A stretch of 64,000 nt of DNA from an uncultured delta proteobacterium. Lineage in GTDB: Bacteria; Myxococcota; Kuafuiibacteriia; Kuafuiibacteriales; Kuafuiibacteriaceae. Made by a program: the position numbers and the translations under genes. The stretch covers positions 896,001 through 960,000 of the forward strand of contig CAWDML010000001.1 of the NCBI GenBank assembly GCA_963803435.1. Direction: 5' to 3'. The notes under the pieces were generated by a model. That model was given only the letters and a program-made list of their open reading frames with translations, was not told the origin of the DNA and made no database searches. This document shows positions 19,417-29,352 of this stretch, in pieces. Position 1 is the first letter of the stretch. Each line of letters starts with the position of its first letter.

Positions 19417-20117
19417 GCAGCGTCCACCCCCAAAAGCGCGCGCGCTTCGCTCCGGAACTCCTCGTCGCTCGCCGTGAGCTCGCGAAGGGTCTCGAGAACC
19501 GCGATCCGCAGCTCGCGCCGCACGGCTGCGAGGTGGTTGGTCACGTCGGTCGGCTTGATCCCGAGCTGCTGCGCCAGCGCGGCGTAGGTGGGGCGGTCCG
19601 GGGGATCGACGAGATCATAACCCTCGAACAAGGCCAGGCGCGTCTTCGCGATCGGCTCCTGCGCGCGCTGTCGCAGCTCGAGGATCGCGCCGTCGAAGAT
19701 GCTCCGGGCCCACTCCCGCTCGAACCACCGCTCCACATCGTCGATCCCGCCCGCGCCGGCGAGCTCGTGCTCGGCGCTCTCGAAGTCCAACGCGAGCACT
19801 GCGCCGCCGCGCTTCACCGCCTTCTCTGCGCTCGCGGCCTTCGCCACGTAGCGATCGACGCAGACTCGCAGGAAGGTGCGGAAGCGTCCCTTCTGGGGAT
19901 CGAACGCCGCGAGGTACTCCTTCTCGGTCGCGGCGGCGAAGAATCCTTGCGTGAGATCCTTGGCGTCGTCGTGGCTCCGCTTCCACTTCAAGCGCACGTA
20001 CTTGTAGACCGGCTTCCAGTACGCTTGCACGATGCGTTCGAGCGCCCGATGCCGCTCGCTCGCGCTCTCCGACGCGATGCCGGCGAGCAGCGAGACCCGC
20101 GTCGCGGGAAAGGTCAC
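19413..20117 (-). CDS. ECF RNA polymerase sigma factor (kinase-associated type)
   Basis: FPATRVSL, YWKPVYKYVR, AKDLTQGFF, KGRFRTFL, FEREWAR, region-4 HTH. Confidence 0.85.
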   Translation of the reverse strand: MTFPATRVSLLAGIASESASERHRALERIVQAYWKPVYKYVRLKWKRSHDDAKDLTQGFFAAATEKEYLAAFDPQKGRFRTFLRVCVDRYVAKAASAEKAVKRGGAVLALDFESAEHELAGAGGIDDVERWFEREWARSIFDGAILELRQRAQEPIAKTRLALFEGYDLVDPPDRPTYAALAQQLGIKPTDVTNHLAAVRRELRIAVLETLRELTASDEEFRSEARALLGVDAA

Positions 20118-20273
20118 CGCCCGAGGCTGCCACCGGCCAGGCGGCGGAGCAACGCAGATCGCCAACCCGCTGCAGGCGGCGAACGCTCGGTCGCCGATCC
20201 GCCGGCGGCACGAGCTTGGGCGATCGCGCGACGCTCGCGACCGCAAGAACGATCGGAGTATGCTCCCCACCCC

Positions 20274-20639
20274 ATGAAGACGCGCGCCACCACGCTCTAC
20301 CCATTCGTCCCGTCAGGAGAGAACTTCCCGACTGCGCTCGCCTTCTTCGCGGACATTGGGTTCGAGAAGACCTGGGAGGCCGACGGCCTCGCTGGTCTCC
20401 GCTTCGGCGGCGCCTACTTCATCCTCCAACAGATCGACGTTCCGATCTGGCAAACGAATCAGATGCTCACGTTCGAGGTGGATGACCTCGACGCCTACTG
20501 GAAGGAGCTCCAGGCGATGGACCTGCCGAGCAGGTACTCCGGCGTGAGGCTTCGCGATCCGACCGACTTTCCGTGGGGTCGCGAGGTGCACATCGTCGAC
20601 CCGGGTGGCGTCTGCTGGCACGTCCGCCAGGCGCCGTGA
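20274..20639 (+). CDS. VOC/bleomycin-resistance family protein
   Basis: PFVPSGENF...FFADIGF; PTDFPWGREVHIVDPGGVCWH. Confidence 0.85.
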   Translation: MKTRATTLYPFVPSGENFPTALAFFADIGFEKTWEADGLAGLRFGGAYFILQQIDVPIWQTNQMLTFEVDDLDAYWKELQAMDLPSRYSGVRLRDPTDFPWGREVHIVDPGGVCWHVRQAP

Positions 20640-20891
20640 GCACGAGCGATGCCTCGAACGTCCCTCACTCCACCGGCGCGACCCGGTAGGGGGTGCGCGA
20701 TGATGGAGGCGCGCGATCGATCATCGCGGCGGCGCTCGGATCGCGTGGCGCAGAGGCGAGGCGGATGTTCGGGATGCCGGCGCTCAAAGGCCGGCGGGAA
20801 CCCGTTCGCCGGTGGGGCCCAGACAACGGCGAGCGCTTACACGACCGGTGACATCGCAGCACCCGCCTGCGGGCGAGGCTATACTGAACCG

Positions 20892-22699
20892 GTGCGCCTG
20901 TGCTCGGCCGCCCTCCTCCTGCTCGCCGCCACCTCCGCGTGCAAGTTCGCAGAGCCGGACTATACCGGCAGGTCATGCAACATCGACAAGCCCTGCCCTC
21001 CCGGCTATCGATGCGGCGACGACGACGTTTGCTCCCGTCCCACCGAGATGACGCTCGAGGTCGACGCCTCGACGCCGATGGACGCCACGGTCGACGCGAC
21101 GGTCGGCGCCGACGCTGCCCTCGAGGACGACGGCGCGGTTCTCCCGGACGCCGCCGAGGCCGCGGACGCCGGACCGGAAGCGCCCGACGCCGGCCCGCCG
21201 CCGTTCGATGCGGGACCGCCGATCCACGCGCTGTCCGTCCCCGTCCCACTCCGGTTCGCAGGCGCCGATCAACACCGGATCTATACGCAGCTCCAGCTCC
21301 CGCCCGAGGGCGCCACCGCGATCGACGCGGCCGCTCAGGTGGCAGCGCTCCGCGCAGCCGGGTTCCGGGTGCTGCGGATCTTCTCCATCAGGAGGAGCTC
21401 GTCCCCTGGGAACGACCGCCCGTGAGCCTGACGTTCGAGTCGCCGATCGGCGTCTACCACGACGAAGGGCTGGACTGGATCGATCGCTTGATGGTGGAGC
21501 TGGTCGGCGATCCCGACGATCCCTTCGACGACATCAAGCTGATCGTCACGATGTTCAACGCCCTCCAGGGCACGGCGAGCGGTGACGTCCAGGAGTCGCT
21601 CTACCTGGGCACCTACGGCGAGATCGGCTTCTATACCGACCCCGCTGCAAAACAGGCGTTCGAGGACCGCATCACGCACATCCTCGAGCACCGCAACCCG
21701 TATTTCGATGCTGCTTGGAAAGATCTCGACATCATCGCCGCCTGGGAGCCGATGAACGAGCCCGGGATCCACACGCGCAACGACGCGGTCTCTACCGACG
21801 CGACGATCCTGGCCGGGTGGCTCGGCGAGATGGCCGCGCACATCAAGTCGATCGATCCCGACACCCTGGTGAGCAGCGGGACCAGCGGCGGCTCCGGATA
21901 CTGGTCCTACGACATCGGCGATCGACTGCCCGATCTGATCGCGGCGGGAGGTCCGGACGGCGTCCCTGGTGTCGACGTCTACACACTCCACTACTACGGC
22001 GAGGATCCCGGGCTGTGGCTCTCCGACGCGGGCGCGGCCCTTCCCGCCGGCAAACGGCTGTGGGTGACCGAGTTTGGCGACACGCGCACGCCAGCCTACC
22101 CCGCGACCTACGACCCCGGCCCGACCGGCGTGCTCGGCAAGCTTCACGGGTGGCGCCTACCTTGGATGTTCTGGCGGATGGGCATCCGTACCGAGGCCAA
22201 CACCTTCTCCCGCTTCACCTGGGACGCCGACTGGGACGCGATGGCGGCGCTCGGCGGCGGCTACACCCGACCGCTCGAGGACTTCGAGCGGGGCGTGACC
22301 GGTACGGTCACCCGGTTCGACGAGACTGTGGTGACCACGGAAGCGGTCGCAGACGGCCGGGGCCTCGCGATGAAGTACACGATGACCGGACCATACGAGG
22401 AGATCTTCTATCATTTCGGCGGCACCATCGACGTCGCTGGCTCGGCGATCACGTTCCGCGCGCGGGCATCGACCCCGATGGACGTGGAGGTTCAGCTCAA
22501 CGACGGCGTGGGCGGCTATACCCAGCCGAACCCGTTCATCGCATTGACCTCCTCTTGGACGTACTACCAGCTCCCGGCGGCGGAGTTCACGCCGCAGGAC
22601 GGTCTCGACCCCTCGCAGGTGTCGAGCCTCGCGTTCTGGTTCAAGGACGGCTCCGCTGCCGCTGCCGAGTTCTATCTAGACGACGTCTGGATCTGGTAG
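20892..22699 (+). CDS. GH5-like (clan GH-A) glycoside hydrolase lipoprotein with C-terminal CBM-like domain (frameshift ~21383)
   Basis: Lipoprotein signal, DA-rich linker, FRVLRIF, AWEPMNEP acid/base, TLHYY, WVTEFG nucleophile; split over ORFs 20649..21425 and 20900..22699. Confidence 0.78.
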
Positions 22700-23597
22700 C
22701 GAAATGACGAGGCCTCAGCGCCAGGAGGACGATCCACCACCACCCAGGCGACGACGACGCGCCCGCAGCGCTGTGGCAGCTGCACGCGTCGGGCGACTCG
22801 TCGGCCGGAGCGGTCGCGTCCGCGGTGCTGGCATCCTCCGGCGGGATCGTCGCATCCTGAGCGAGGACTCCGGCGTCGGCGGGCGCCTCGCACGGGTGCG
22901 CCGCGCGCCAGCGATCGTAGTCCGCGCGGAGCAGGACGAGCGGGTTCATCGGCGCGATATCGTCGACTCGGAGCGAGAGCCACTCCGGAGCGCCGGGGCG
23001 ATCGACGCGGATGAAGGCGCCGTCGGAGGGGATGCCGTTCGGGGTGCAGCGCATGTCGCCACCTCCATCCGCGGCGCCAGCCTCGAGGGCGAGCATCAGG
23101 CGGTCGGCGAGATCGCAGCCGCCGGACTCGAAGGCGCGGGCTGCCGCGGTCACCACCGCCTCGCCGGTGAGGATGTTGCCCTGCGCCGTGTAGACCAGCG
23201 AGCCAACGCCGCCGCTGGTGTGGCCAGCCCACGCCCCGCAGTCGGCGCCGGTGAAGGCCGCGGTGAGACCGGCCGCAGTGGTGACGCCGTACTGTCGCTG
23301 AGAGGCGCTCGAATCGAACGCAGGTGAGGTGATCTCGGCGATGATCGCGTCCGGCGTGCGCCCTGCCAACAGCAGCTCGACGGCACGGTCTCGGGCAGCG
23401 GCGTTGAAGGCGGCCTGCGCATGCACCACGCCGATGCCGGGCGCGGAGCCGTAGATGACGGAGACCGAGGAGCGTCCCACGCACGAGGTCCCGGCGCCGC
23501 CCACCTCGGCGGTAGCGGTGTCAGCACCGGTGATCGAGTAGGTCGCCTCGGCGCGGGCGGAGGCGAGCAGGATCGCCGCCGCGAGCATCCACCGCAT
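22641..23597 (-). CDS. DUF1028 (Ntn-hydrolase-like) secreted protein with MYXO-CTERM-like tail
   Basis: Signal then TYSITG, RQYGV, AQGNIL, GGDMRC; tail DACSC...WWWIVLLALRPR. Confidence 0.85.
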   Translation of the reverse strand: MRWMLAAAILLASARAEATYSITGADTATAEVGGAGTSCVGRSSVSVIYGSAPGIGVVHAQAAFNAAARDRAVELLLAGRTPDAIIAEITSPAFDSSASQRQYGVTTAAGLTAAFTGADCGAWAGHTSGGVGSLVYTAQGNILTGEAVVTAAARAFESGGCDLADRLMLALEAGAADGGGDMRCTPNGIPSDGAFIRVDRPGAPEWLSLRVDDIAPMNPLVLLRADYDRWRAAHPCEAPADAGVLAQDATIPPEDASTADATAPADESPDACSCHSAAGASSSPGWWWIVLLALRPRHFATRSRRRLDRTRQRQRSRP

Positions 23598-23644
23598 CTC
23601 GGCCGATGGAAGGCCGCGCCCAGCGTGGCCTCGACGCCGCCCCA

Positions 23645-24863
23645 TCACGGCACCTCGATCACGAACCAGCCGGCGAGGCCGCGGTTCTGGCTCGATCCGC
23701 GCTCGAGCACGAGCGACGGTCCGGCGATGACCCGGGCGGTGTACCAGATCTCGCCGACCTGATCATGGCTCCCGTCCGCCAGGAGATCGGAGGCGCCGCT
23801 CCGCTGGTTGCCGGTGAGGAGCGCGATGGTCCGGGCCGGATCGGCCCCCGGAAGCGCCACCTCCACCCTACTGGTGCCGGCGGCGACGGTCGCCTCACCC
23901 TGCTCTACGCGGAAGCCGCTCGGGAGCGTCACCACCTGGTACACCAGCGCGATCGGGCTGCCCGTCGCCAGGCGCTGGAAGGAGACCGAGGTGCTGCTGC
24001 TGAGCGTCGCCTCGATCGCGTGCGGGCCGATCAGCGAGGTGGCCACGGTGACGCCCCAGGAGGCGAGAAGAAAGCTGCGATCCACCGGCACCGGCGCGAT
24101 CGTGACCACCTTCGCGGTGTCGGTGCTGGTCATGGCCGCTTCGCCCTGCAAGACGCGCGCATCGTCGATGGTCACCACCTGCCAATCGAACACACCGTCG
24201 GCGCTGTTGGCCGAAACGCCGATCTCCAACCGGTCAGTCGCCACCAGCCGGGCGAAGACCCAGTCGCACTGGTCATAGCTGAAGCCGGCCTTCGAGAACG
24301 AGACCAGCGGAAAGCTTCGATCGAGCGGAACCGGGTCGATCCGGATCGAGAGGACGTTGATCACTCCGGAGTCGGAGGACTCTGTGCCACGCTGCACCGT
24401 CGCACCCGCGCCGAGCTCGAGGATCGACCACACGACCCGCCCGGACGCCGACGGCTGCTCCCTGTGGAGCTCGAGATGGCTCGCATCAATCAGGCGCCCG
24501 CCCACCTGTCCGTCCTGAGGCGCGATGCTGACGGTCGTGGCGGAGAGGAACAGCACCGAGCGGTCGAGCGCGACCGGCGGGATCGGGACGGAGGTGGTGG
24601 TGAGCCCGGCCAGTGAGACCGTCCCGGTCAAGACCCGGCTGGCGCTCTCGGCGTCGGGGCTCGAATCCATCTGCGACGGAGCCGTCCTCCATCGACGCAT
24701 CCGCGACCGCGCCGTCCTTCGCCAAACCGTCGGCGTCGGCTTCGCCGCCGTCGTCATCTCCGACCGCACCGTCGCGGTGGGGGATCGACCCCGGGTCGGC
24801 CGCCGGCGCCTCGAACACGCACGCAGGCGCCAGCGCGATCGAGAGGAGCAACAATGGGCGCAC
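23645..24863 (-). CDS. Hypothetical lipoprotein with repeated beta-rich domains (frameshift ~24665)
   Basis: GTG 24863 signal LAPAC; repeats xQxG...PVxLDRSFxLxS...WQVV; removal of one base joins ORFs 24486..24863 and 23645..24934. Confidence 0.68.
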
Positions 24864-25074
24864 CGGTCGCCAGGATCGCGCAGGGGTCCACGACGGGCAA
24901 CTCCGGCCCCAGGTTGTTGCGACCGATCGGCCAAGCTAAGAGACTTGCTCCTCCTCGAGTCTCAGGGGCTGAAGACAGAGGTGCCTCTCACAAAGAAGCG
25001 GTCCTCGGTGAAACGTCCGATCTGTCTGTGGGAATCAGCTCGACAGGCCGTGCGATCCTCGCAAGATTGAACCC

Positions 25075-25467
25075 ATGATCTCCGGTTCCTGCCACTGCGG
25101 TGCGGTGCGCTTCGAGCTCGCCGCGCCCCCCGAGGAGGTCACCGACTGCAACTGCTCGATCTGCCGACGCCTCGGTGTCCTCTGGGCCTACTATCGACCC
25201 GATCAGGTGACGATGATCCGCGAGCCCGGGGCGACGCTCGCCTACGTCTGGAGCGACAAGCTCCTCGAGTTTCACACCTGCCGCACCTGCGGCTGCACCA
25301 CCAGCTGGGAGCCGGTCGACAAGGCCCGCGATCGTATGGCGATCAACGCGCGGCTCATCGATCCGCCCCTCTCCGGCGTACCCGTCATGCACTTCGACGG
25401 CGCCGACACCTGGAAGCCGGTGGGGCGCAGCGTGTTTCCGCCGGAGCCGTTCCGCAGCGACGAATAG
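25075..25467 (+). CDS. GFA/CENP-V family Zn-binding protein
   Basis: GSCHCGAVRF, CNCSIC, CRTCG. Confidence 0.92.
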   Translation: MISGSCHCGAVRFELAAPPEEVTDCNCSICRRLGVLWAYYRPDQVTMIREPGATLAYVWSDKLLEFHTCRTCGCTTSWEPVDKARDRMAINARLIDPPLSGVPVMHFDGADTWKPVGRSVFPPEPFRSDE

Positions 25468-25509
25468 CGGTCTCTTTCGCAACGGCCCGCTTGGTGGCAC
25501 ATCATCGCC

Positions 25510-26091
25510 ATGGACGACAGCGACTGGATGCGGACCGCGATCGAGGAGGCAGAGCGCGCGCGGGGCAAGACCGGCGACAACCCGTGGGTGGGGTGCGTCA
25601 TCGTCTGCGAGGAGCGGATCGTGGGACGTGGCCACACGGAGGGCCCTGGCGAGGATCACGCGGAGGTCGGCGCGATCCGCGAGGCCCACGCTGCGGGCGC
25701 CGTGCTGCGCGTGGCCAGCCTGTACTCGACGCTCGAGCCTTGCTCATTTCACGGACGCACGCCGGCGTGCGCGCGGATGATCGCCGATCAGGGCGTGGGG
25801 CGAGTCGTGTTCGGAATGCGCGACCCGAACCCGCGCGTCGACGGGCTCGGCGGGCAGATCCTCGCGGCCGCAGGGATCGTGGTCGTGGAAGGCGTGCTCG
25901 AGGCGGAGATCCGGCGACAGCTCGGATCGTGGGTGCTCGCGCACCACGAGCACGAGGCGATCCGTCGGGCGTGCTCGCTGTACCTTCCGACGCGCGACGT
26001 CGAGGCGACGGTCGGCGCGATCCGGGACGCATACGCGATCGACGAGACGCGCGCCCGGGCGCTGGTGGAGCGCGCCGTGCTCCTGGTCTGA
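25510..26091 (+). CDS. ribD: RibD-type pyrimidine deaminase domain only (no reductase domain)
   Basis: NPWVGCVIV, HAE, TLEPCSFHGRTPAC, DPNPRVDG. Confidence 0.8.
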   Translation: MDDSDWMRTAIEEAERARGKTGDNPWVGCVIVCEERIVGRGHTEGPGEDHAEVGAIREAHAAGAVLRVASLYSTLEPCSFHGRTPACARMIADQGVGRVVFGMRDPNPRVDGLGGQILAAAGIVVVEGVLEAEIRRQLGSWVLAHHEHEAIRRACSLYLPTRDVEATVGAIRDAYAIDETRARALVERAVLLV

Positions 26092-26174
26092 GCCGATCGA
26101 CGCGCGGAGCGGTCGAGTGAACGGGCTCATGCCGGACGCGCCCTCCCACCGGAATCCTGCTAGCATCCTCGCGC

Positions 26175-27569
26175 TTGGCTCCACGATTCGAGCGCGCGGC
26201 GAGGGTGCGAATCTTCGATCATCGCCATTCGATGACCGTCCTCGGGTCGGATCGGGCCGTCCGCCGGTTCGACGGTGATTCAGCGGAGCTCGCCCGCGCG
26301 GTGCTCGCTCATCTTCCGTGCGACCGCGAGCAGTTGCTGCAGCACCTGACGGAGCTCGGAGGACCGATCGAGCACCCGGAGGTCGTGGATCAGCTCCTCG
26401 ATCTGCTGCTGGCCGCCAACGTGATCCGCGAGGGCTCGCCCGCGCCCGCCAAGCCGAAGCCGGCGGGAGCCCGGATCCTGGTGGGTCTCACCGGCGCCGC
26501 GGCTACCATGCACAGCCCCGCGCTCGTCCGGAGCTTGCAGCGACGCGGTCACGAGGTGCGCATCGCCACCACTGAGAACGCGCTCCGCTTCGTCACGACC
26601 GACGCGCTCACGGCGCTGACACACGAGCCGGTCTACACCGGAATGTTCGACGCCCCTTCGATCGCGCCCCACATCGAGCTCGCAGAGTGGGTGGACGCGG
26701 TCGTGATCTCCCCGGCCACCGCGACCACGATCGCACGCATCGCGGGCGGTGATTGCTCCGATCTGGTCGCAGCCGTCGCCGTCTCCACTCGAGCGCCGGT
26801 GATCATCGCACCCTCCATGAACCCCGCGATGCTCGAGGCCGCCTCCGTGCAACGCAACCTGCAGACGCTCCGCGAAGACGGCTTCTTCGTCGTCCACCCG
26901 CAGCTCGCCGAAGAGGTGGCGCACGCTCCCGGCGAACGCACCGGAGTCCTCGGTGGCGCCGCCGACGGAGAGTCGATCGCCGAGATCCTGGAGATCATCC
27001 TGGCCGCCCACCCTGTGGACTGGGACGCGATCTATCGCACGACGACTCCGGGGACGCTGGCCTGGTTCGAGCCCGACCTCGATCCGGACCTCGCCCAGAT
27101 CCTGGAGCGCGAGGCACTGCCCGGGTCGCGCCTGCTCGACGCGGGCACCGGCCTCGGATCGGTCGCCGCCGGCGCGGCACGCATGGGCTTCTCTGTGGTC
27201 GCGACCGACGTCTCTCCTGCGGCGCTCGCCCGCGCCCGGGAGCGAGCCCAGGATCTCGAAATCATCTGGCTGCTCGACGACATCACGGAGAGTCGGTTGC
27301 AGACTGTCTTCGACACGGTGATCGATCGTGCGTGCCTCCACGTCCTCCCTGAGAAGCGCGTCGCGGGCTACGTCGATACGATCGCGCGCGTCGCGGGCTC
27401 TCTGCTCTTGATCAAGACCTGTGCGAACGAGGAGACCCCCGGAACGCGCGCCTACTCACCGGAGCAGATCGCGCGGCTGTTCTCCGATCGCTTCCAGCTC
27501 CGCGCATCGATCCCATCGTCGATCGCGCGGCTCCCGGCGACCCTCTTCGTCCTGAAGCGACTTCCCTGA
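26175..27569 (+). CDS. Fusion: RRE-like N-terminal domain + HFCD flavoprotein (CoaC/LanD family) + class I SAM methyltransferase
   Basis: ILVGLTG, PHIELAEW, PATATTIARIAGG, PSMNPAM; then WDAIY...W, LDAGTGLG, DVSPAAL, DRACLH. Confidence 0.85.
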   Translation: MAPRFERAARVRIFDHRHSMTVLGSDRAVRRFDGDSAELARAVLAHLPCDREQLLQHLTELGGPIEHPEVVDQLLDLLLAANVIREGSPAPAKPKPAGARILVGLTGAAATMHSPALVRSLQRRGHEVRIATTENALRFVTTDALTALTHEPVYTGMFDAPSIAPHIELAEWVDAVVISPATATTIARIAGGDCSDLVAAVAVSTRAPVIIAPSMNPAMLEAASVQRNLQTLREDGFFVVHPQLAEEVAHAPGERTGVLGGAADGESIAEILEIILAAHPVDWDAIYRTTTPGTLAWFEPDLDPDLAQILEREALPGSRLLDAGTGLGSVAAGAARMGFSVVATDVSPAALARARERAQDLEIIWLLDDITESRLQTVFDTVIDRACLHVLPEKRVAGYVDTIARVAGSLLLIKTCANEETPGTRAYSPEQIARLFSDRFQLRASIPSSIARLPATLFVLKRLP

Positions 27570-27602
27570 CGCTCGCGACCCGACCGGGCCGCCGCACCCT
27601 CA

Positions 27603-27818
27603 TCAAACGACTTCGGCGATGCAGCCGGCGGGGCAGTCCTCCTCGCTCGCGACGATCTCGTTCGGACACGTCGCCGCATCGACCCCTGCGCCCGCATCAC
27701 GCCCATCCGAGACGCAGAAGATCGGGTGCTCTTGGTCCGCACCGCACGAGGAGACGGCCACGGCCAGCACCGTGCAAGCGAGTACCTTGGGAATGGTCAG
27801 CTTCCTCCGCGAAGGCAT
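27603..27818 (-). CDS. Small Cys-rich lipoprotein (71 aa)
   Basis: MPSRRKLTIPKVLACTVLAVAVSSC... with four further Cys; TAGCCT 8 nt upstream. Confidence 0.65.
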   Translation of the reverse strand: MPSRRKLTIPKVLACTVLAVAVSSCGADQEHPIFCVSDGRDAGAGVDAATCPNEIVASEEDCPAGCIAEVV

Positions 27819-27862
27819 TCGACGAGAGGCTACCACACCGAGCGCCTGCCCGGTCCTTGCCG

Positions 27863-29188
27863 TCAGCGAGCAAAGCGAAGCAGCGAGAGGGAAGACGTGG
27901 TCCGTAAGCTCTGCTCCCTCCCGGTGACCGAGTCGAGCATCACGAGCTCGAGCTTCTCGTCGGCGCCGAACACGTCGCCGGCCTTCTGGATCCAGGTGGC
28001 GGTGCACGCGCCGTCGGCGGAGAGGTCGGCCGCACCCGGATGGAGGTCCCCGTTCACGTACACCCCACCCACGGTCAGCGTGCGGCTCTCATCGCCCACG
28101 AGCTGGATTTCATCGAGGAAGTCGCCGTAGCCGCGCGACAGGTTGAGGATGAGGATCCGATCGCCGCCCGCGAAGGGGAGCAGATGGTTGCCGGCGCCGA
28201 AGTCCTGCCTCGGGGTCATCGCCTCCCCGACGTCGCTCCAGGTCGCCCCGAGGTCCGCGGTGCGGCGGAGCTGGAGCCGCCCGTCCTCGAGACCGAAGGT
28301 GGCGAGGACGTCACCATCGGGAGCGAGCGTCGCTTCGTAGCGCGCCCACGGCTCACGGCCGGCAATCGCCGTCGCCCGCAGCGTTTCGGTGTCCAGCCGC
28401 AGCACTTGCTCCCCATCGGAGGAGACGAGGAGCACGTAGCGGCCGTCCGCGGTCGAATCGATCGGGTAGGACGTCCCGCCGGCGTCGATCACCTGGGCGC
28501 CGGTCGGGGAGGCGAGCACCAGCTCGCCCGACTCGGAGGGGTAGAGCACTCCGCTCGGGAGCGGCGTGTACGCGGCATAGCCGGCGGGCACCTCCGCGAG
28601 CGGTGCAAACGTCTGGGTCTCGACGTCCATCCACCCGACCGTGACGCCGGGACGCCACGGCTCGCCGGCCGCCACCAGGACCCGACCATCGACGACCGGC
28701 ACCAACGGGCGATACACGCCGAGGTCGGTGACCGCGCCGTCCGGATGCGCGATGAACCCGTGCCCCGCGGCCACCGCCAGCGTGCCGTCCGGCGAGAGGT
28801 AGACCTGCGGGTTGTAAGGCTCCTCGTCGATGCGCTGGAGCAGCACGTCCCCGTCGGTGTCGACAACCACGTACTCGTACCGATTCGCCGAGGGCGGCGC
28901 GTAGAGGAAGCCGACCAGCGCCACGAACCGCCCCGCCGTCGTCCATTGCTCCACCACCGTCTCCTCAGAGGCGAGACCGGTCGAGGCCCCGATCTGGAAC
29001 AGCTCGCGCCGGCTCCCATCCGCCTCCGTCCGCCACAGCACCGGACCCTCCATCTCGAGCAGGACCTCGTCCGCACACCCGAGCGACTGCCTCGTCGTCC
29101 CATGCGGCGACGGGTCCAGGCCACGCTCGTCCGCCACGCACCCCGCCAGAGCGAGCACCAGGATCAACCCATTCGTTCGTACGCGCAT
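27863..29188 (-). CDS. Hypothetical beta-propeller lipoprotein
   Basis: LAGC lipobox; LSPDG/STADG/LAPDG repeats; Asp-box-like TADLGATW. Confidence 0.72.
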   Translation of the reverse strand: MRVRTNGLILVLALAGCVADERGLDPSPHGTTRQSLGCADEVLLEMEGPVLWRTEADGSRRELFQIGASTGLASEETVVEQWTTAGRFVALVGFLYAPPSANRYEYVVVDTDGDVLLQRIDEEPYNPQVYLSPDGTLAVAAGHGFIAHPDGAVTDLGVYRPLVPVVDGRVLVAAGEPWRPGVTVGWMDVETQTFAPLAEVPAGYAAYTPLPSGVLYPSESGELVLASPTGAQVIDAGGTSYPIDSTADGRYVLLVSSDGEQVLRLDTETLRATAIAGREPWARYEATLAPDGDVLATFGLEDGRLQLRRTADLGATWSDVGEAMTPRQDFGAGNHLLPFAGGDRILILNLSRGYGDFLDEIQLVGDESRTLTVGGVYVNGDLHPGAADLSADGACTATWIQKAGDVFGADEKLELVMLDSVTGREQSLRTTSSLSLLRFAR

Positions 29189-29352
29189 CTCACCCCACTC
29201 TAGCGCTCGGGTGGGGGTCCGGGTGTCGGTATGATACGAATTCGATTGTTCGGTCATTTCGAACAATCAATCGATGTCGAGCACTCGGCGGCGGGATCCG
29301 CGCCACTTCCGTGAGCCTGTGACTCGGGACGACCGCGCGCTACACTTCGTGG

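Noticed and set aside
24930-25070. Lower-GC intergenic stretch as ncRNA or gene relic
   Set aside because: No recognisable structure or family motif by eye
26175-27569. coaBC annotation
   Set aside because: No CoaB ligase domain and no clamp Cys; extra N-terminal domain and methyltransferase
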